Shown in pieces: positions 1 to 10,052 of a stretch of DNA of 64,000 nucleotides; position 1 is the stretch's first letter, and every line of letters starts with the position of its first letter. The DNA comes from Spirochaetaceae bacterium (GTDB taxonomy: Bacteria; Spirochaetota; Spirochaetia; DSM-2461), in the NCBI GenBank assembly GCA_051531975.1, contig JAOPTT010000006.1:288656-352655 (forward strand), given 5' to 3'. The position numbers and the translations under genes were made by a program. Under the pieces are notes generated by a model. It made no database searches and had not been told where the DNA came from. It worked only from the letters and a program-made list of their open reading frames with translations.

Positions 1-96
1 CTCTGCACCCAAAATTATATTCGCATTCTGTACTTGAGATAATTCATCTAATTTATATTGTTCTAATTTTATATTATATCTTCTATCTTCTTTCAT
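1..96 (-). CDS. 5' fragment of a gene running off the window edge (MKEDRRYNIKLEQYKLDELSQ...), possibly the anti-sigma factor of the adjacent ECF sigma
   Basis: ATG at 96-94 abuts the sigma factor TAA (99-97); SD GAGGAG just upstream; frame open to the window edge; function inferred from position only. Confidence 0.55.
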   Translation of the reverse strand, partial: MKEDRRYNIKLEQYKLDELSQVQNANIILGAE

Positions 97-570
97 TTAT
101 TTCTCCTCAAGTAATAATGATTTTTTCCGTAGATTCCTTAGTCTTTTTCTAACACCAGAAACAGATAAACCAACTTGTTTTGCAGTTTCCTCTAAAGTAA
201 AACCATCAACATAATGTAAGACTGCAATAGTTTTTGTTGTTGGTTTTTCTTTCTTAAACAGTTCATCTAAAAACATGTGAGTAATAATTTGTTTTTCAGT
301 ATTATCACTGCTTGCTATGATAGACAAAATTTCATCAGACTCACATTCAGGTGTTTTTTTGCTTTTTCTAATTATATTTAGACAGATATTTGTAGCAATT
401 GTATAAAGTAAACTTGATGGTGCATCCATCGTTAATACATCTTTTTTATTAATAAGTTGCACAAATACATCCTGCATTGCTTCTGAAGCTGAATCTTCAT
501 TTTTAAGCATTGTTCTACACCGCCTGTAAACCATTGGTCCATATTTTTTGTATAAAAGTTCAATATCCAT
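97..570 (-). CDS. ECF-type RNA polymerase sigma-70 factor
   Basis: 157 aa; region 2 (ASEAMQDVF...LYTIATNICLN) and region 4 HTH (GFTLEETAKQVGLSVSGVRKRL). Confidence 0.9.
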   Translation of the reverse strand: MDIELLYKKYGPMVYRRCRTMLKNEDSASEAMQDVFVQLINKKDVLTMDAPSSLLYTIATNICLNIIRKSKKTPECESDEILSIIASSDNTEKQIITHMFLDELFKKEKPTTKTIAVLHYVDGFTLEETAKQVGLSVSGVRKRLRNLRKKSLLLEEK

Positions 571-704
571 TCTTAATCCTATCTATTTAAAACATTTTTT
601 TTATTAAGTGTTACCATAAAATATATAATTTTAGCTTTTTTTTCATTAGTAAAAGCATACATTTTTATCTATTTATTGTAATATTCGAATATTAGGAGAT
701 ATAA

Positions 705-1145
705 ATGGCATTAGACATGAGTTTTAAAGGAAAAGAATTTCCTTCTTACAGTTTTAAAGTTGAACATTGTAAAATAAAAGAAATTTGCGGTGCAATTGGT
801 GATCAAAACCCAATTTATTTTGATACTAATGAAGCTAAAGAACAGGGATATAAAGATAGCCCAGCACCATTAACATTTGCTTCGTTAATGAGTTTTTGGG
901 GTTATCCTGAAATATGGGATAGAATGACTGAAATTGGTATCGATATTAAACGTTTACTTCATGCAAAAGAGGAATATGAATATCTAGAACTAATATATCC
1001 AGGTGATGATCTAGTTGGTACAGTTTCTGTAGACTCTTTAAGAGATGGAAAAATGCAGATGGCTTGTTTTAAAACAACATTTAAACGTAATGGTCAAGAT
1101 GTATTAATCGCGAAGATGACCATTATGGTTCCACCAAGTAATTAG
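705..1145 (+). CDS. MaoC-like (hot-dog fold) dehydratase, N-terminal-type/non-catalytic subunit
   Basis: GDQNPIY, APLTF and LLHAKEEYEY motifs of the MaoC_dehydrat_N/HadA type; SD AGGAG. Confidence 0.75.
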   Translation: MALDMSFKGKEFPSYSFKVEHCKIKEICGAIGDQNPIYFDTNEAKEQGYKDSPAPLTFASLMSFWGYPEIWDRMTEIGIDIKRLLHAKEEYEYLELIYPGDDLVGTVSVDSLRDGKMQMACFKTTFKRNGQDVLIAKMTIMVPPSN

Positions 1146-1155
1146 GGAGATTTTC

Positions 1156-1569
1156 ATGAAATTAGATATTAGTAAATTAAACGTTGGGGATATAATCCCA
1201 GAATATACATTCGATGAAGTTACTCAGGTGCAGCTAATTAAATATGCTGGTGCTGCAGGTGATTTTAATCCTATACATACAATTCCTGCTTTTGCAAAGG
1301 AAGCGGGTTTAGATGGCACTATTGCTCATGGAATGCTTATTATGGGTATGTTAGGAAAGCTTATTTCAGATTGGTCTGGAATTAAACATGTAACAAAATA
1401 TGGTGTTAGTTTTAAGAGTAAAACTGTACCAGGTGATATATTAACAGCCAGAGGTGAGATTAAAAAAATTACACCAAACGATGGTTTTACATTAGTTGAT
1501 TGCAAAGTTAATATTATCGACTCAAAAGGTGATCTAAAAGTTGATGGAAAATTAACAATAAAATTATAG
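1156..1569 (+). CDS. MaoC family (R)-specific enoyl-CoA hydratase / hydroxyacyl dehydratase, catalytic subunit
   Basis: Hydratase-2 motif YAGAAGDFNPIH...IAHGM. Confidence 0.85.
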   Translation: MKLDISKLNVGDIIPEYTFDEVTQVQLIKYAGAAGDFNPIHTIPAFAKEAGLDGTIAHGMLIMGMLGKLISDWSGIKHVTKYGVSFKSKTVPGDILTARGEIKKITPNDGFTLVDCKVNIIDSKGDLKVDGKLTIKL

Positions 1570-2406
1570 TTATACATCCCCAAGTAAAATTGAGGGATTA
1601 ACAGGTTCTCCATCTAAATGAATTTCAAAATGTAGATGGGGACCAGTTGATTTCCCAGAATTCCCAGTTTGAGCAACATAATCACCCTTATTAACTTTTA
1701 TCTTTTCTGCAATTAATATTTTTTCTAAATGATAATAATGAGATGAGTATCCATTTGGATGTAGTATAATTAAATAATTACCATAAAAATCAGAATACCC
1801 AATATTAGATATTATTCCATCATAAGGAGTAAATATTTTACTACCATAAGTAGCTTTTAAATCAAGTCCTGAATGAAACTCATTTTTCTTCGTAAATGGA
1901 TTTTCACGTAGTCCAAAACCTGAAGTAACTATCATATCCGAAAGTGGACTTCTAAATGGAGTTATTAAGAAATTTAACCTTTTATCTCCTGTAAATCTTT
2001 GACCAGGTGTAAAATAATATTTTATTTCATCTATTTTTATAATTTCAGCTTTATCATTAGTTCTTGAGTCTGTAAATAAACCTGAACAACTAGGTATCAT
2101 AATTGTTTTGAAAGCTTTAAAAAACAGCTGATTATCAATCTTATTTAAACTTGCTATAGAGTCATATGGTAAATTGAACCTCGATGCTACAGAAAAAAGG
2201 GTGTCTATTTTTTTTATTTTATATGTAAAAAATTGTAATGGTAAGTGTGATTTGTTTTGGTTTAATCTTCTACTGTTTTCAGTTATTTCAGCTTGTACTT
2301 GTTTAAATAATACATCACTATTTTTAGTAGTTACTTCTGGGTGTATACCGTATAAATATGAGTTTAATAGAAGTAAAATAATGATTAACTTACTTTTTAA
2401 ATGCAA
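1570..2406 (-). CDS. LysM + M23 family peptidoglycan metallopeptidase
   Basis: LysM-like (DTLFSVASRFN...IASLN); M23 motifs HSGLD and STGPHLHFE; TTG at 2406 gives a signal peptide (ORF track start is 2457). Confidence 0.88.
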   Translation of the reverse strand: MHLKSKLIIILLLLNSYLYGIHPEVTTKNSDVLFKQVQAEITENSRRLNQNKSHLPLQFFTYKIKKIDTLFSVASRFNLPYDSIASLNKIDNQLFFKAFKTIMIPSCSGLFTDSRTNDKAEIIKIDEIKYYFTPGQRFTGDKRLNFLITPFRSPLSDMIVTSGFGLRENPFTKKNEFHSGLDLKATYGSKIFTPYDGIISNIGYSDFYGNYLIILHPNGYSSHYYHLEKILIAEKIKVNKGDYVAQTGNSGKSTGPHLHFEIHLDGEPVNPSILLGDV

Positions 2407-2818
2407 ACCTAAAATATCCAAAAACAAAAAACAGTATCCCAGTGAAAATAAGTCCAAAGATTACATTTGTCGAATATAAATAAATTGAAGATAATAATAT
2501 TAGTAATGTTAAGCTGATTTGTAATATTTTTTTTACAAAAGGCCAAACTATTGTTTTTACTGTATACTTGAAACCATTTTTATAGGTATAGACAGATAAT
2601 TTAAATATAAAAAAGCCAATAATTAATATACCAAAAGTAGATAAAACAACAAAGGTATACTTAGAAGGGGAAGTATTTGCTAAAGACCATAGTGGGTAAA
2701 CAATTAAAATTGATGTTGCAAATACAAATAAAAGAAAAGTAAAAAATTTAATAATCGAAATCAATTTTTTTAAACTTTCCACTAGGATTTTTGAATAACC
2801 CTTTAATATTTTTACCAT
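2390..2818 (-). CDS. hypothetical integral membrane protein (about 4 TM)
   Basis: Hydrophobic segments; SD AAGGAG; sits between the PHP and M23 genes on the same strand. Confidence 0.7.
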   Translation of the reverse strand: MVKILKGYSKILVESLKKLISIIKFFTFLLFVFATSILIVYPLWSLANTSPSKYTFVVLSTFGILIIGFFIFKLSVYTYKNGFKYTVKTIVWPFVKKILQISLTLLILLSSIYLYSTNVIFGLIFTGILFFVFGYFRFAFKK

Positions 2819-2828
2819 ATGTTACTCC

Positions 2829-3656
2829 TTAAAGAAAATTTGACAACAAAATTTCCGGTACAGATCTCTCTCCAGCACCAATTCCAAGTATTCTATCATT
2901 GATATTTTTACCATGATAATCTGAACCACCAGAAACAATCAATCTTAACTTTGATGCAATCTTTTCAAATTTATCACATTCTTTCTTTTTATTACTTCCA
3001 TGCCACGCTTCAATTCCATCTAGGCCTATTTTTTTATATTCATTAAAAATACTTTCAGTTTTACTCCAAGCAATATGTAAAGATTTTGGATGTGCAATAA
3101 TAGCTTTACCACCAGCACCATGAATTAACCTTATTGCTTCTTTTAAAGTTAAAGACTCTTTTTCAACAAAATATGGTGATCCTGGGTTTAAAAAATTACT
3201 AAAAGCATCATTTTGGTCTTTAGCATAACCCTTATCAACTAAACATCTACTAAAATGTGGTCTCGCTATAATATCACCACCAGCTAAAGATTTAACATCT
3301 GAATAAGAAATATCTATATTATCTCTATTTAATAGTTTAATTATCTCTATATTTCTAACATTTCTATAATTTTTTACAATTTCTAGTTTTTGATTTAATT
3401 CTCCATCAAGTTCTTTTAAACCTAATCCTAATAGATGAAACTCTCCACTATATGGATGATATATCTCAATTTCGACACCAGGAACAAAGATTATGGAATT
3501 TTTTTTTGCTGCACTATTTCCTTCACTTAGCCCTGCTAAAGTATCATGGTCAGTTATAGCAATTGCTTTTAAACCTATCTTTTTAGCCTCATTTATTAAT
3601 TCTGTAGGAGTTAATGAACCATCAGAACAAGTTGTGTGTGTATGTAAATCAATCAT
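2829..3656 (-). CDS. PHP domain metal-dependent phosphoesterase (TrpH/YciV-like)
   Basis: [40 protein letters not shown] motifs; start set at MIDLH. Confidence 0.9.
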   Translation of the reverse strand: MIDLHTHTTCSDGSLTPTELINEAKKIGLKAIAITDHDTLAGLSEGNSAAKKNSIIFVPGVEIEIYHPYSGEFHLLGLGLKELDGELNQKLEIVKNYRNVRNIEIIKLLNRDNIDISYSDVKSLAGGDIIARPHFSRCLVDKGYAKDQNDAFSNFLNPGSPYFVEKESLTLKEAIRLIHGAGGKAIIAHPKSLHIAWSKTESIFNEYKKIGLDGIEAWHGSNKKKECDKFEKIASKLRLIVSGGSDYHGKNINDRILGIGAGERSVPEILLSNFL

Positions 3657-3718
3657 TAATATAAATCTACTTTTTATTTTATTATTTTGAAATAGGTATA
3701 TGTAATTTAATAAAGTTA

Positions 3719-3747
3719 TTGACATCTATACGCGGGGTCTTTTATTA
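3719..3747 (+). promoter_or_regulatory. sigma70-type promoter of the cNMP/Crp operon
   Basis: TTGACA-N17-TATTAT upstream of SD AGGAG and ATG 3772. Confidence 0.7.
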
Positions 3748-3771
3748 TTAAACTATAAAATAGGAGAATTA

Positions 3772-4731
3772 ATGGGCATTAAAACAATAAGGTATAAAGC
3801 AAACTCAATTGTTTATTTCAAAGGAGATGCCCCTAAACGAGTATATATTTTAAAAAAAGGATCATTAGTAACAAAAGCTACTGATTTAAAAACCAATGAT
3901 GACATTCTTACAATGATAAAAGTTGGTGAATTTATTGGTGTAAAAAACGTAATAAGTAATCAACCATATTCTGAAACTGTTACAACATTATCTGATTCTG
4001 AATTAGTAGCATTTAATAAAGAAGATTTTGAAGGATTTATTCTTGGTAATAATCGAATAATGATGCAAACATTAGTCGTTTTTTCAAATCAGTTACGAAA
4101 AATACATAATGATATTAAAGAATTAAATGATCAAAAAATTGAATCTTATACAACTCCAGAAACTGAAGATAACTTATTTGATCTTGGTAAATATTTTATT
4201 AAGCAAAGTAAATCTGAATATAGTAATTATTGTTTTAAGAGATATAAAGAAGTTTATCCATCTGGTAAATACACTGATTCAATAGATAGTGGTAATTTTT
4301 CTTCGCCAAGTTCTTCTGAAAGTTCTTATAGTGATGACTTTGAACAAGAAGCTGTAGATGATGATGAAATAGCTTTATATTTTCAAGAGGGTCAAAATTA
4401 TCTTTCTGAACAAAATTTTGTAAAGGCTATAGAATGTTTTACTAAAGTAATTGAAATTGGTGATAGTACTTATATGGGGAATGCTCTATTCTTTAATGGT
4501 GCATGTTTGTATAAACAAATGGAATATAAAGCTTGTATTCAAAATTATGCAACATTTTTAACTGACCATAAAAAACATGAAAAATTAAATGAGGTTCTAT
4601 TTTATGTCGGTAGTTCATATAAAGAGCTTGGTGATGAAACTCAAGCTACACAATTTTTAAAGCAAGTTATGAAAAGAGCAGAAGGTACACCTTTAGCACA
4701 ATTAGCCTTAAAAGAATTTAAAGGATTATAA
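3772..4731 (+). CDS. cyclic-nucleotide-binding domain protein with C-terminal TPR repeats
   Basis: N-terminal cNMP domain (GDAPKRVYILKKG...GEFIG), acidic linker, TPR-like helices (ALFFNGACLY, VLFYVGSSY). Confidence 0.8.
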   Translation: MGIKTIRYKANSIVYFKGDAPKRVYILKKGSLVTKATDLKTNDDILTMIKVGEFIGVKNVISNQPYSETVTTLSDSELVAFNKEDFEGFILGNNRIMMQTLVVFSNQLRKIHNDIKELNDQKIESYTTPETEDNLFDLGKYFIKQSKSEYSNYCFKRYKEVYPSGKYTDSIDSGNFSSPSSSESSYSDDFEQEAVDDDEIALYFQEGQNYLSEQNFVKAIECFTKVIEIGDSTYMGNALFFNGACLYKQMEYKACIQNYATFLTDHKKHEKLNEVLFYVGSSYKELGDETQATQFLKQVMKRAEGTPLAQLALKEFKGL

Positions 4732-4734
4732 ATT

Positions 4735-5370
4735 ATGGATATGTCTATATTTAAGAAATTTGAGGTTCGTTACTCCACAGGTGATATGATCTTTTGCGAA
4801 TTTGAACCTGGAAACGAATTCTTTCTAATTCAGACAGGATCTGTTAGAGTTGTTAAGGTTATTAACGGAGTTGAAAAAACTTTAGACGTTTTAAAGGCAG
4901 GGGAATTCTTTGGTGAAATGGCAATTTTAGAAAACGCTCCTAGAAGCGCATCTATTATTGCCCATGAAGACTCAGTATTATTAGAATTTAATAGAGATAA
5001 CTTTGAAATGTTAATGAAGGGTCAACCACAACTAGCTTATAATCTTTTAAAAATTCTATCTAAGCGTATTTTTGATCAGAGAAGACGATTTATGACTCTT
5101 ACAATTGATGATTTAGAAATTAAAGTTTATGACGTATTTATTATGTTAATTGAGAAACAAACAAATTTTGGATTATTAAAACCAAATACTGTAATTGATG
5201 CTTCAGCGGATGATATAGCACATTGGGCAGGAATACCCATTCATGAGTGTAATGGAATACTAGATAAATTAATTTCAAACAATAAAATAGAAATGTCCAA
5301 GAACCAAATTATTATAAAAAAACCTGATTCATTAAAAAGGTCTGTATCCCAGCATAGAAAAAGTTCTTAA
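4735..5370 (+). CDS. Crp/Fnr family transcriptional regulator
   Basis: GEFFGEMAILENAPRSAS cNMP pocket plus a C-terminal HTH (DDIAHWAGI). Confidence 0.88.
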   Translation: MDMSIFKKFEVRYSTGDMIFCEFEPGNEFFLIQTGSVRVVKVINGVEKTLDVLKAGEFFGEMAILENAPRSASIIAHEDSVLLEFNRDNFEMLMKGQPQLAYNLLKILSKRIFDQRRRFMTLTIDDLEIKVYDVFIMLIEKQTNFGLLKPNTVIDASADDIAHWAGIPIHECNGILDKLISNNKIEMSKNQIIIKKPDSLKRSVSQHRKSS

Positions 5371-5852
5371 AAAAGATACAAGACACCAATGTTCACAAAT
5401 AAACGGTTTGTTTCTTCATCTTGAAAATTATAATTGTATGATACATAAAGGCAATATTTCCAAAACTGATCAATGTTCCATTCTAGCCCAGTTTGAGCAT
5501 GTAAAAATGTATTAAATGATTCATCTGTTAAGTTATTAAAATCAAAGTTATTTAGACCTAAACCTGCTCCAATAGATATTGGTAATGACAACCTTGTATT
5601 TAAATTAATGTTATAACCTATATTTCCCAATAGAGATGTATAATTTTCATGCATAATTCTTATAGAACCACCCCAAAAAAACTCTTCTGTAATGAACCTT
5701 GAAAGAGATAATGTTGTACCTCTAATAATATTGCTTTCAGACAAAATCGGGTTAAGAGTAAAATTTAAATTAAAAAAAGTTTTTATATCTTCTTGAGAAA
5801 AAGTAGTGGTAGATAAAGATATTAAAAATATAAATATAAATATTTTCTTCAA
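5367..5852 (-). CDS. secreted protein, probable small outer-membrane beta-barrel
   Basis: Signal peptide, alternating amphipathic strands, C-terminal Phe (GVLYLF). Confidence 0.6.
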   Translation of the reverse strand: MKKIFIFIFLISLSTTTFSQEDIKTFFNLNFTLNPILSESNIIRGTTLSLSRFITEEFFWGGSIRIMHENYTSLLGNIGYNINLNTRLSLPISIGAGLGLNNFDFNNLTDESFNTFLHAQTGLEWNIDQFWKYCLYVSYNYNFQDEETNRLFVNIGVLYLF

Positions 5853-5992
5853 GTGAATTCCTTATGTTTAATATATAAAATTTATATTTTTTATTTATAG
5901 GTGTCAACATAGTAGTTTTTATAGCTAAAAATAGCATTAAATATGTACATTTACTTATTAATTATGATAAAAATAATATAAGAGGAATATGA

Positions 5993-6871
5993 ATGGGAAA
6001 TATAATAGATGGTAAGAAGATTGCCAAAGAGATTAGAGAAGAATTAAGGCTTGAAGCTTTAGAGCTTAAAAAGAAAAATATAGTACCTGGTTTAGCTGTT
6101 ATATTAGTTGGAGAAGATCCTGCAAGTATGTCTTATGTTACTGGAAAAAAAAGAGCATGTGAAGAAGTTGGTATTTTATCAAAAAGTTACGAACTAAGTG
6201 CTGAAACTAAAGAGACTGATCTTTTAAATCTTGTAGAAAAACTAAATAAAGATAACGAAATTAATGGAATATTAGTTCAACTTCCATTACCCAAACATAT
6301 AGATGAATTAAAAGTTATTAACGCAATTGCTCCACAAAAAGATGTGGACGGATTTCATCCTGTTAGTATAGGGAATATGATGATAGGTGTTGATACATTT
6401 TTACCATGTACTCCTTTTGGAATATTAAAATTATTAGAAAGAGAAAATGTTAAAACTGAAGGTGCTGAAGTTGTTGTTGTTGGCCGTAGTAATACAGTTG
6501 GTGCACCAGTTGCAAATATGTTATTTAAAAAAGCAACTCCTGGAAATGCAACAGTTACAATATGCCATACTAGAACAAAAAATTTAAAAGAGCATTGTCT
6601 AAAAGCTGACATATTAATTGCTGCAGCTGGAATGCCACATATGATAACCAAAGATATGATCAAAGAAAATGCTGTCGTAATAGATGTAGGTGTTAATAGA
6701 GTTGAAGATAGCAGTAAAAAGAGTGGTTATCGTCTTATTGGTGATGTTGAATTCGATGGTGCTAAAGAGGTTGCATCAAAAATAACTCCAGTACCAGGTG
6801 GTGTTGGGCCAATGACTATAACTATGCTTATGTATAACACTGTACAATCAGCAATTAGAGCAAATAAATAA
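5993..6871 (+). CDS. folD: bifunctional methylenetetrahydrofolate dehydrogenase/cyclohydrolase
   Basis: GILVQLPLP, KDVDGFHP, PCTP, GRSNTVG, TPVPGGVGPMT motifs. Confidence 0.97.
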   Translation: MGNIIDGKKIAKEIREELRLEALELKKKNIVPGLAVILVGEDPASMSYVTGKKRACEEVGILSKSYELSAETKETDLLNLVEKLNKDNEINGILVQLPLPKHIDELKVINAIAPQKDVDGFHPVSIGNMMIGVDTFLPCTPFGILKLLERENVKTEGAEVVVVGRSNTVGAPVANMLFKKATPGNATVTICHTRTKNLKEHCLKADILIAAAGMPHMITKDMIKENAVVIDVGVNRVEDSSKKSGYRLIGDVEFDGAKEVASKITPVPGGVGPMTITMLMYNTVQSAIRANK

Positions 6872-6897
6872 TAAATTAATATAAGGAGAAAAGGTTT

Positions 6898-7584
6898 ATG
6901 GCTCTTAATAGAGTAAGTAAAATTGACCAAAACATCATTGTTAAAAATGTATTAATTAGTGTTTCTGATAAAAGTAATATAGAGTTACTAGTAGAAGGGT
7001 TAATTAGTACAAATTCAGAAGTTAATATTTTTTCTACTGGTGGTACTTTTACTAAAATAAAAGAATACCTTGGAGAAAATTGGGCCAAGAACCTTCGTGC
7101 TGTATCTGATTTTACTGGACAACCTGAAATGCAGGGTGGACTAGTAAAAACATTGGATTTTAAAATATATTTAGGAATTCTTAGTGAAACATACAATGAG
7201 TTTCATAGGTCAGATCTACTAAGGACTGAAGGGGTAGCATTAGATATGGTTATTGTTAACTTATACCCTTTTAAGGAGACGATTAGTCTATCTGGAGTAA
7301 CTGTAGAAGATGCTAGAGCTAATATTGATATTGGTGGACCATGTATGTTAAGAGCAAGTGCAAAGAACTACTTAAGAGTGGCTTCTGTATCTGATCCTAA
7401 GTTCTATTCTGATATAGTTAAGGAACTTAAAACTAATAATGGTATGTTATCACTTAGTACTAGATTTAAATGTGCTCAGAACTCATTTTCCCATACTGCA
7501 AGTTATGACAGTGCAATTAGTGAGTTTTTATTAAAACAAGAGATGGATATTGTTTCATCTCAATATGATTTCCAGGATAAATAG
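6898..7584 (+). CDS. purH: PurH N-terminal half: IMP cyclohydrolase (MGS-like) domain
   Basis: ISVSDK, STGGT, VSDFTGQPEMQGGLVKTL, VNLYPF, NIDIGGP, RASAKN motifs. Confidence 0.85.
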   Translation: MALNRVSKIDQNIIVKNVLISVSDKSNIELLVEGLISTNSEVNIFSTGGTFTKIKEYLGENWAKNLRAVSDFTGQPEMQGGLVKTLDFKIYLGILSETYNEFHRSDLLRTEGVALDMVIVNLYPFKETISLSGVTVEDARANIDIGGPCMLRASAKNYLRVASVSDPKFYSDIVKELKTNNGMLSLSTRFKCAQNSFSHTASYDSAISEFLLKQEMDIVSSQYDFQDK

Positions 7585-8838
7585 ATGAAAAAAGACTTAA
7601 AGCAAGCATATAAAACTATTAATACAGATTCTTTTCCAAATAATATGGAAGTATCATTTTATAATGATGATACTGATAAACAGACAATGACATATGAAAA
7701 GGTTACTTGGAATATAGATGGTGAAGAGAAAGGTTTAAGATATGGAGAAAATCCATGCCAGCCAGCAGCATTATATAAATTAATTAATGGTAACTTACAC
7801 TTCGGTGAAGTTGAAACTATTCAGCCTGGTAACTATTTAGGTTCAGATGTTGAACTCCTACAATCTGGAAAACATCCTGGAAAGATAAATATTGCTGATA
7901 TTGATAGTGCATTAAATATATTAAGATATATGATCGATGAACCAACTACAATTATAGTAAAACATAATAATCCTTGTGGTGTTGCAAAAGGTAATTCACC
8001 TTTAGATTCATATTATAAAGCATTAATGGCTGATAGAATAGCAGCGTTTGGTGGTGCTATAGCAGTAAATAGAGAAATTGATTTAGAGACAGCAAATAAG
8101 ATGGTTGAATATTATCATGAAGTAATTATAGCTCCTTCATTTGCTGATGGTGTTTTAGAAGTATTTGCAACTAAAAAGAATCTAAGAGTTGTTAGAGTTA
8201 AAAATATGAAGAGACTACAGTCATTTGCAAAAGAGAGAGTTTTAGAAGTCAAAGCAATGATTGATGGTGGTATGATGGTTCAGTACTCATACTCTCCAGA
8301 AGCTCAAAGTTCATCTGATTTTTTACCTGCGGAGACAACATATAGAGGTACTGACTATAAAGTTGATCGACAACCTACTGCTAAGGAATTAGATGATATG
8401 ATTTTTGGATGGTTAGTTGAAGCTGGTGTTACAAGTAACTCTGTTATTTATGTGAAAGATGGTGCTACAGTTGGAATAGGTACTGGTGAACAAGATAGAG
8501 TAGGGGTTGCTGAAATTGCAATTGATAAAGCATATAGAAAACTAGCAGATAGAAAAGCATGGGAGAAATATAAAACACCATTTAATCTATTAACAGAAGA
8601 GAATGTCAAAAAAGAAATTCTTGACGAAGTTGAAAATGAAAAAGGTGGTTTAATTGGAAGTATCATGATTTCTGATGCATTTTTTCCATTTAGAGATGGT
8701 GCAGATATTGGATTAAAGCAAGGTGTTACTGCTATAGTTCAGCCTGGTGGATCAATAAGAGATTTCGAAACTATAGAAGCATGTAATGAAAATGGTGCAA
8801 CTATGGTCTACACAGGACAGAGAAGTTTTAGACATTAA
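7585..8838 (+). CDS. purH: PurH C-terminal half: AICAR transformylase domain
   Basis: LRYGENP, KHNNPCG, AFGG, SDAFFPFRD, QPGGSIRD and terminal RSFRH. Confidence 0.88.
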   Translation: MKKDLKQAYKTINTDSFPNNMEVSFYNDDTDKQTMTYEKVTWNIDGEEKGLRYGENPCQPAALYKLINGNLHFGEVETIQPGNYLGSDVELLQSGKHPGKINIADIDSALNILRYMIDEPTTIIVKHNNPCGVAKGNSPLDSYYKALMADRIAAFGGAIAVNREIDLETANKMVEYYHEVIIAPSFADGVLEVFATKKNLRVVRVKNMKRLQSFAKERVLEVKAMIDGGMMVQYSYSPEAQSSSDFLPAETTYRGTDYKVDRQPTAKELDDMIFGWLVEAGVTSNSVIYVKDGATVGIGTGEQDRVGVAEIAIDKAYRKLADRKAWEKYKTPFNLLTEENVKKEILDEVENEKGGLIGSIMISDAFFPFRDGADIGLKQGVTAIVQPGGSIRDFETIEACNENGATMVYTGQRSFRH

Positions 8839-8854
8839 TAGTTAGGAAGGTATT

Positions 8855-9100
8855 ATGATTAGAAAGTTATTCATTCAGTTATTTTTTGTTACATTAATAA
8901 TTTGTTTCTTCGGACTAAATTTTGAAACAAAAATTGACATAAGATTTTGGTTTAATGACCTATTAACACTGAAAGATATCTCTCTTTTTGTAGCCCTTGC
9001 CTTTGCATATTTAATAGGGGTAGTTACAACTATCCCTTTTATTATTATTAAAAGTATAAAAAAGAAAAAAAACGATAAAGTTACAACAATTGAAGAATAA
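8855..9100 (+). CDS. small two-TM membrane protein (LapA/DUF1049-like)
   Basis: Two hydrophobic segments and a basic tail; purine-rich SD-like AGGAAGG upstream. Confidence 0.55.
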   Translation: MIRKLFIQLFFVTLIICFFGLNFETKIDIRFWFNDLLTLKDISLFVALAFAYLIGVVTTIPFIIIKSIKKKKNDKVTTIEE

Positions 9101-10046
9101 ATATCTATTTATATTATTCTTTTTGATACCAATAAATACTTTTTCAGATTCTTATGATGAAGCATTAAAATATGAAGCTAAAGGTGATTATAGTAATTTT
9201 CATAATTTAATTTTTCAATATTTTGATAAAAATATAAATGACATTAACCAAGATGAAATAATATATAAATTAAACTATAGTGCAACACTTTTTCCAACAA
9301 TAGATGAATCTTTAAACCTATTATTAAAGTATGTAAAATATAATAAATACCGGAATACAAGATCTGTTTTGTATAAAAAAATAGCTGAAATTTATGAATT
9401 ATCAGGTCAAATATATAACGCAGGAACTTATTATGAAAAAGCTGCTTATACTATAAAAGATGAGATCGATTATAATTCATTATTAAACTCAATCGATATG
9501 CTTTTAGAATTGGGATACTTTGATGTTGCTATAAAAAAACTAAATGAAATTAAATATAGTAAAATAGATAAAGATTTAAAAGATAAATACTTTTCATTGT
9601 TATCTAGATGTTATTTTTATAAAGGTAATTTGAAACAGGCTGAAGTATATTTATTAAAAATTCAAAATAAAGACAGTTATTATTTTTATTTATTAAATAT
9701 TTTTGAAATTAATGAAAATGATACTCTAAATAAAAGTTCATTGGAATCTTATATATTAAAAAATCCATATTCAAGACTAAAAAATCCTAATGAGTATATA
9801 GGTGTTAATTCACAAATAAACAGAGATTCAAAAGCAAGTAGTAATATAATTATAGAAGAAGAACTAACTATCGGTGTGTTTCAACAAAAAAAAGATGCAA
9901 GTGGAATTATTAATATACTTGAACAGATGAATTTAACTTGGTATTTTGATTTAATAGAAACTAAATATAAACTTTTAGTTTTTACTACAAATAAAATAAA
10001 GACGAGTAATGAATTAAAGAAACTAGGTTTAATTATAAAGGATTAG
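9090..10046 (+). CDS. secreted TPR-repeat protein, possibly with a SPOR-like C-terminus
   Basis: Signal peptide; TPR-like helices (AEIYELSGQIYNAGTYYEKA; SRCYFYKGNLKQA). Confidence 0.6.
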   Translation: MKNKYLFILFFLIPINTFSDSYDEALKYEAKGDYSNFHNLIFQYFDKNINDINQDEIIYKLNYSATLFPTIDESLNLLLKYVKYNKYRNTRSVLYKKIAEIYELSGQIYNAGTYYEKAAYTIKDEIDYNSLLNSIDMLLELGYFDVAIKKLNEIKYSKIDKDLKDKYFSLLSRCYFYKGNLKQAEVYLLKIQNKDSYYFYLLNIFEINENDTLNKSSLESYILKNPYSRLKNPNEYIGVNSQINRDSKASSNIIIEEELTIGVFQQKKDASGIINILEQMNLTWYFDLIETKYKLLVFTTNKIKTSNELKKLGLIIKD

Positions 10047-10052
10047 GGTCAT

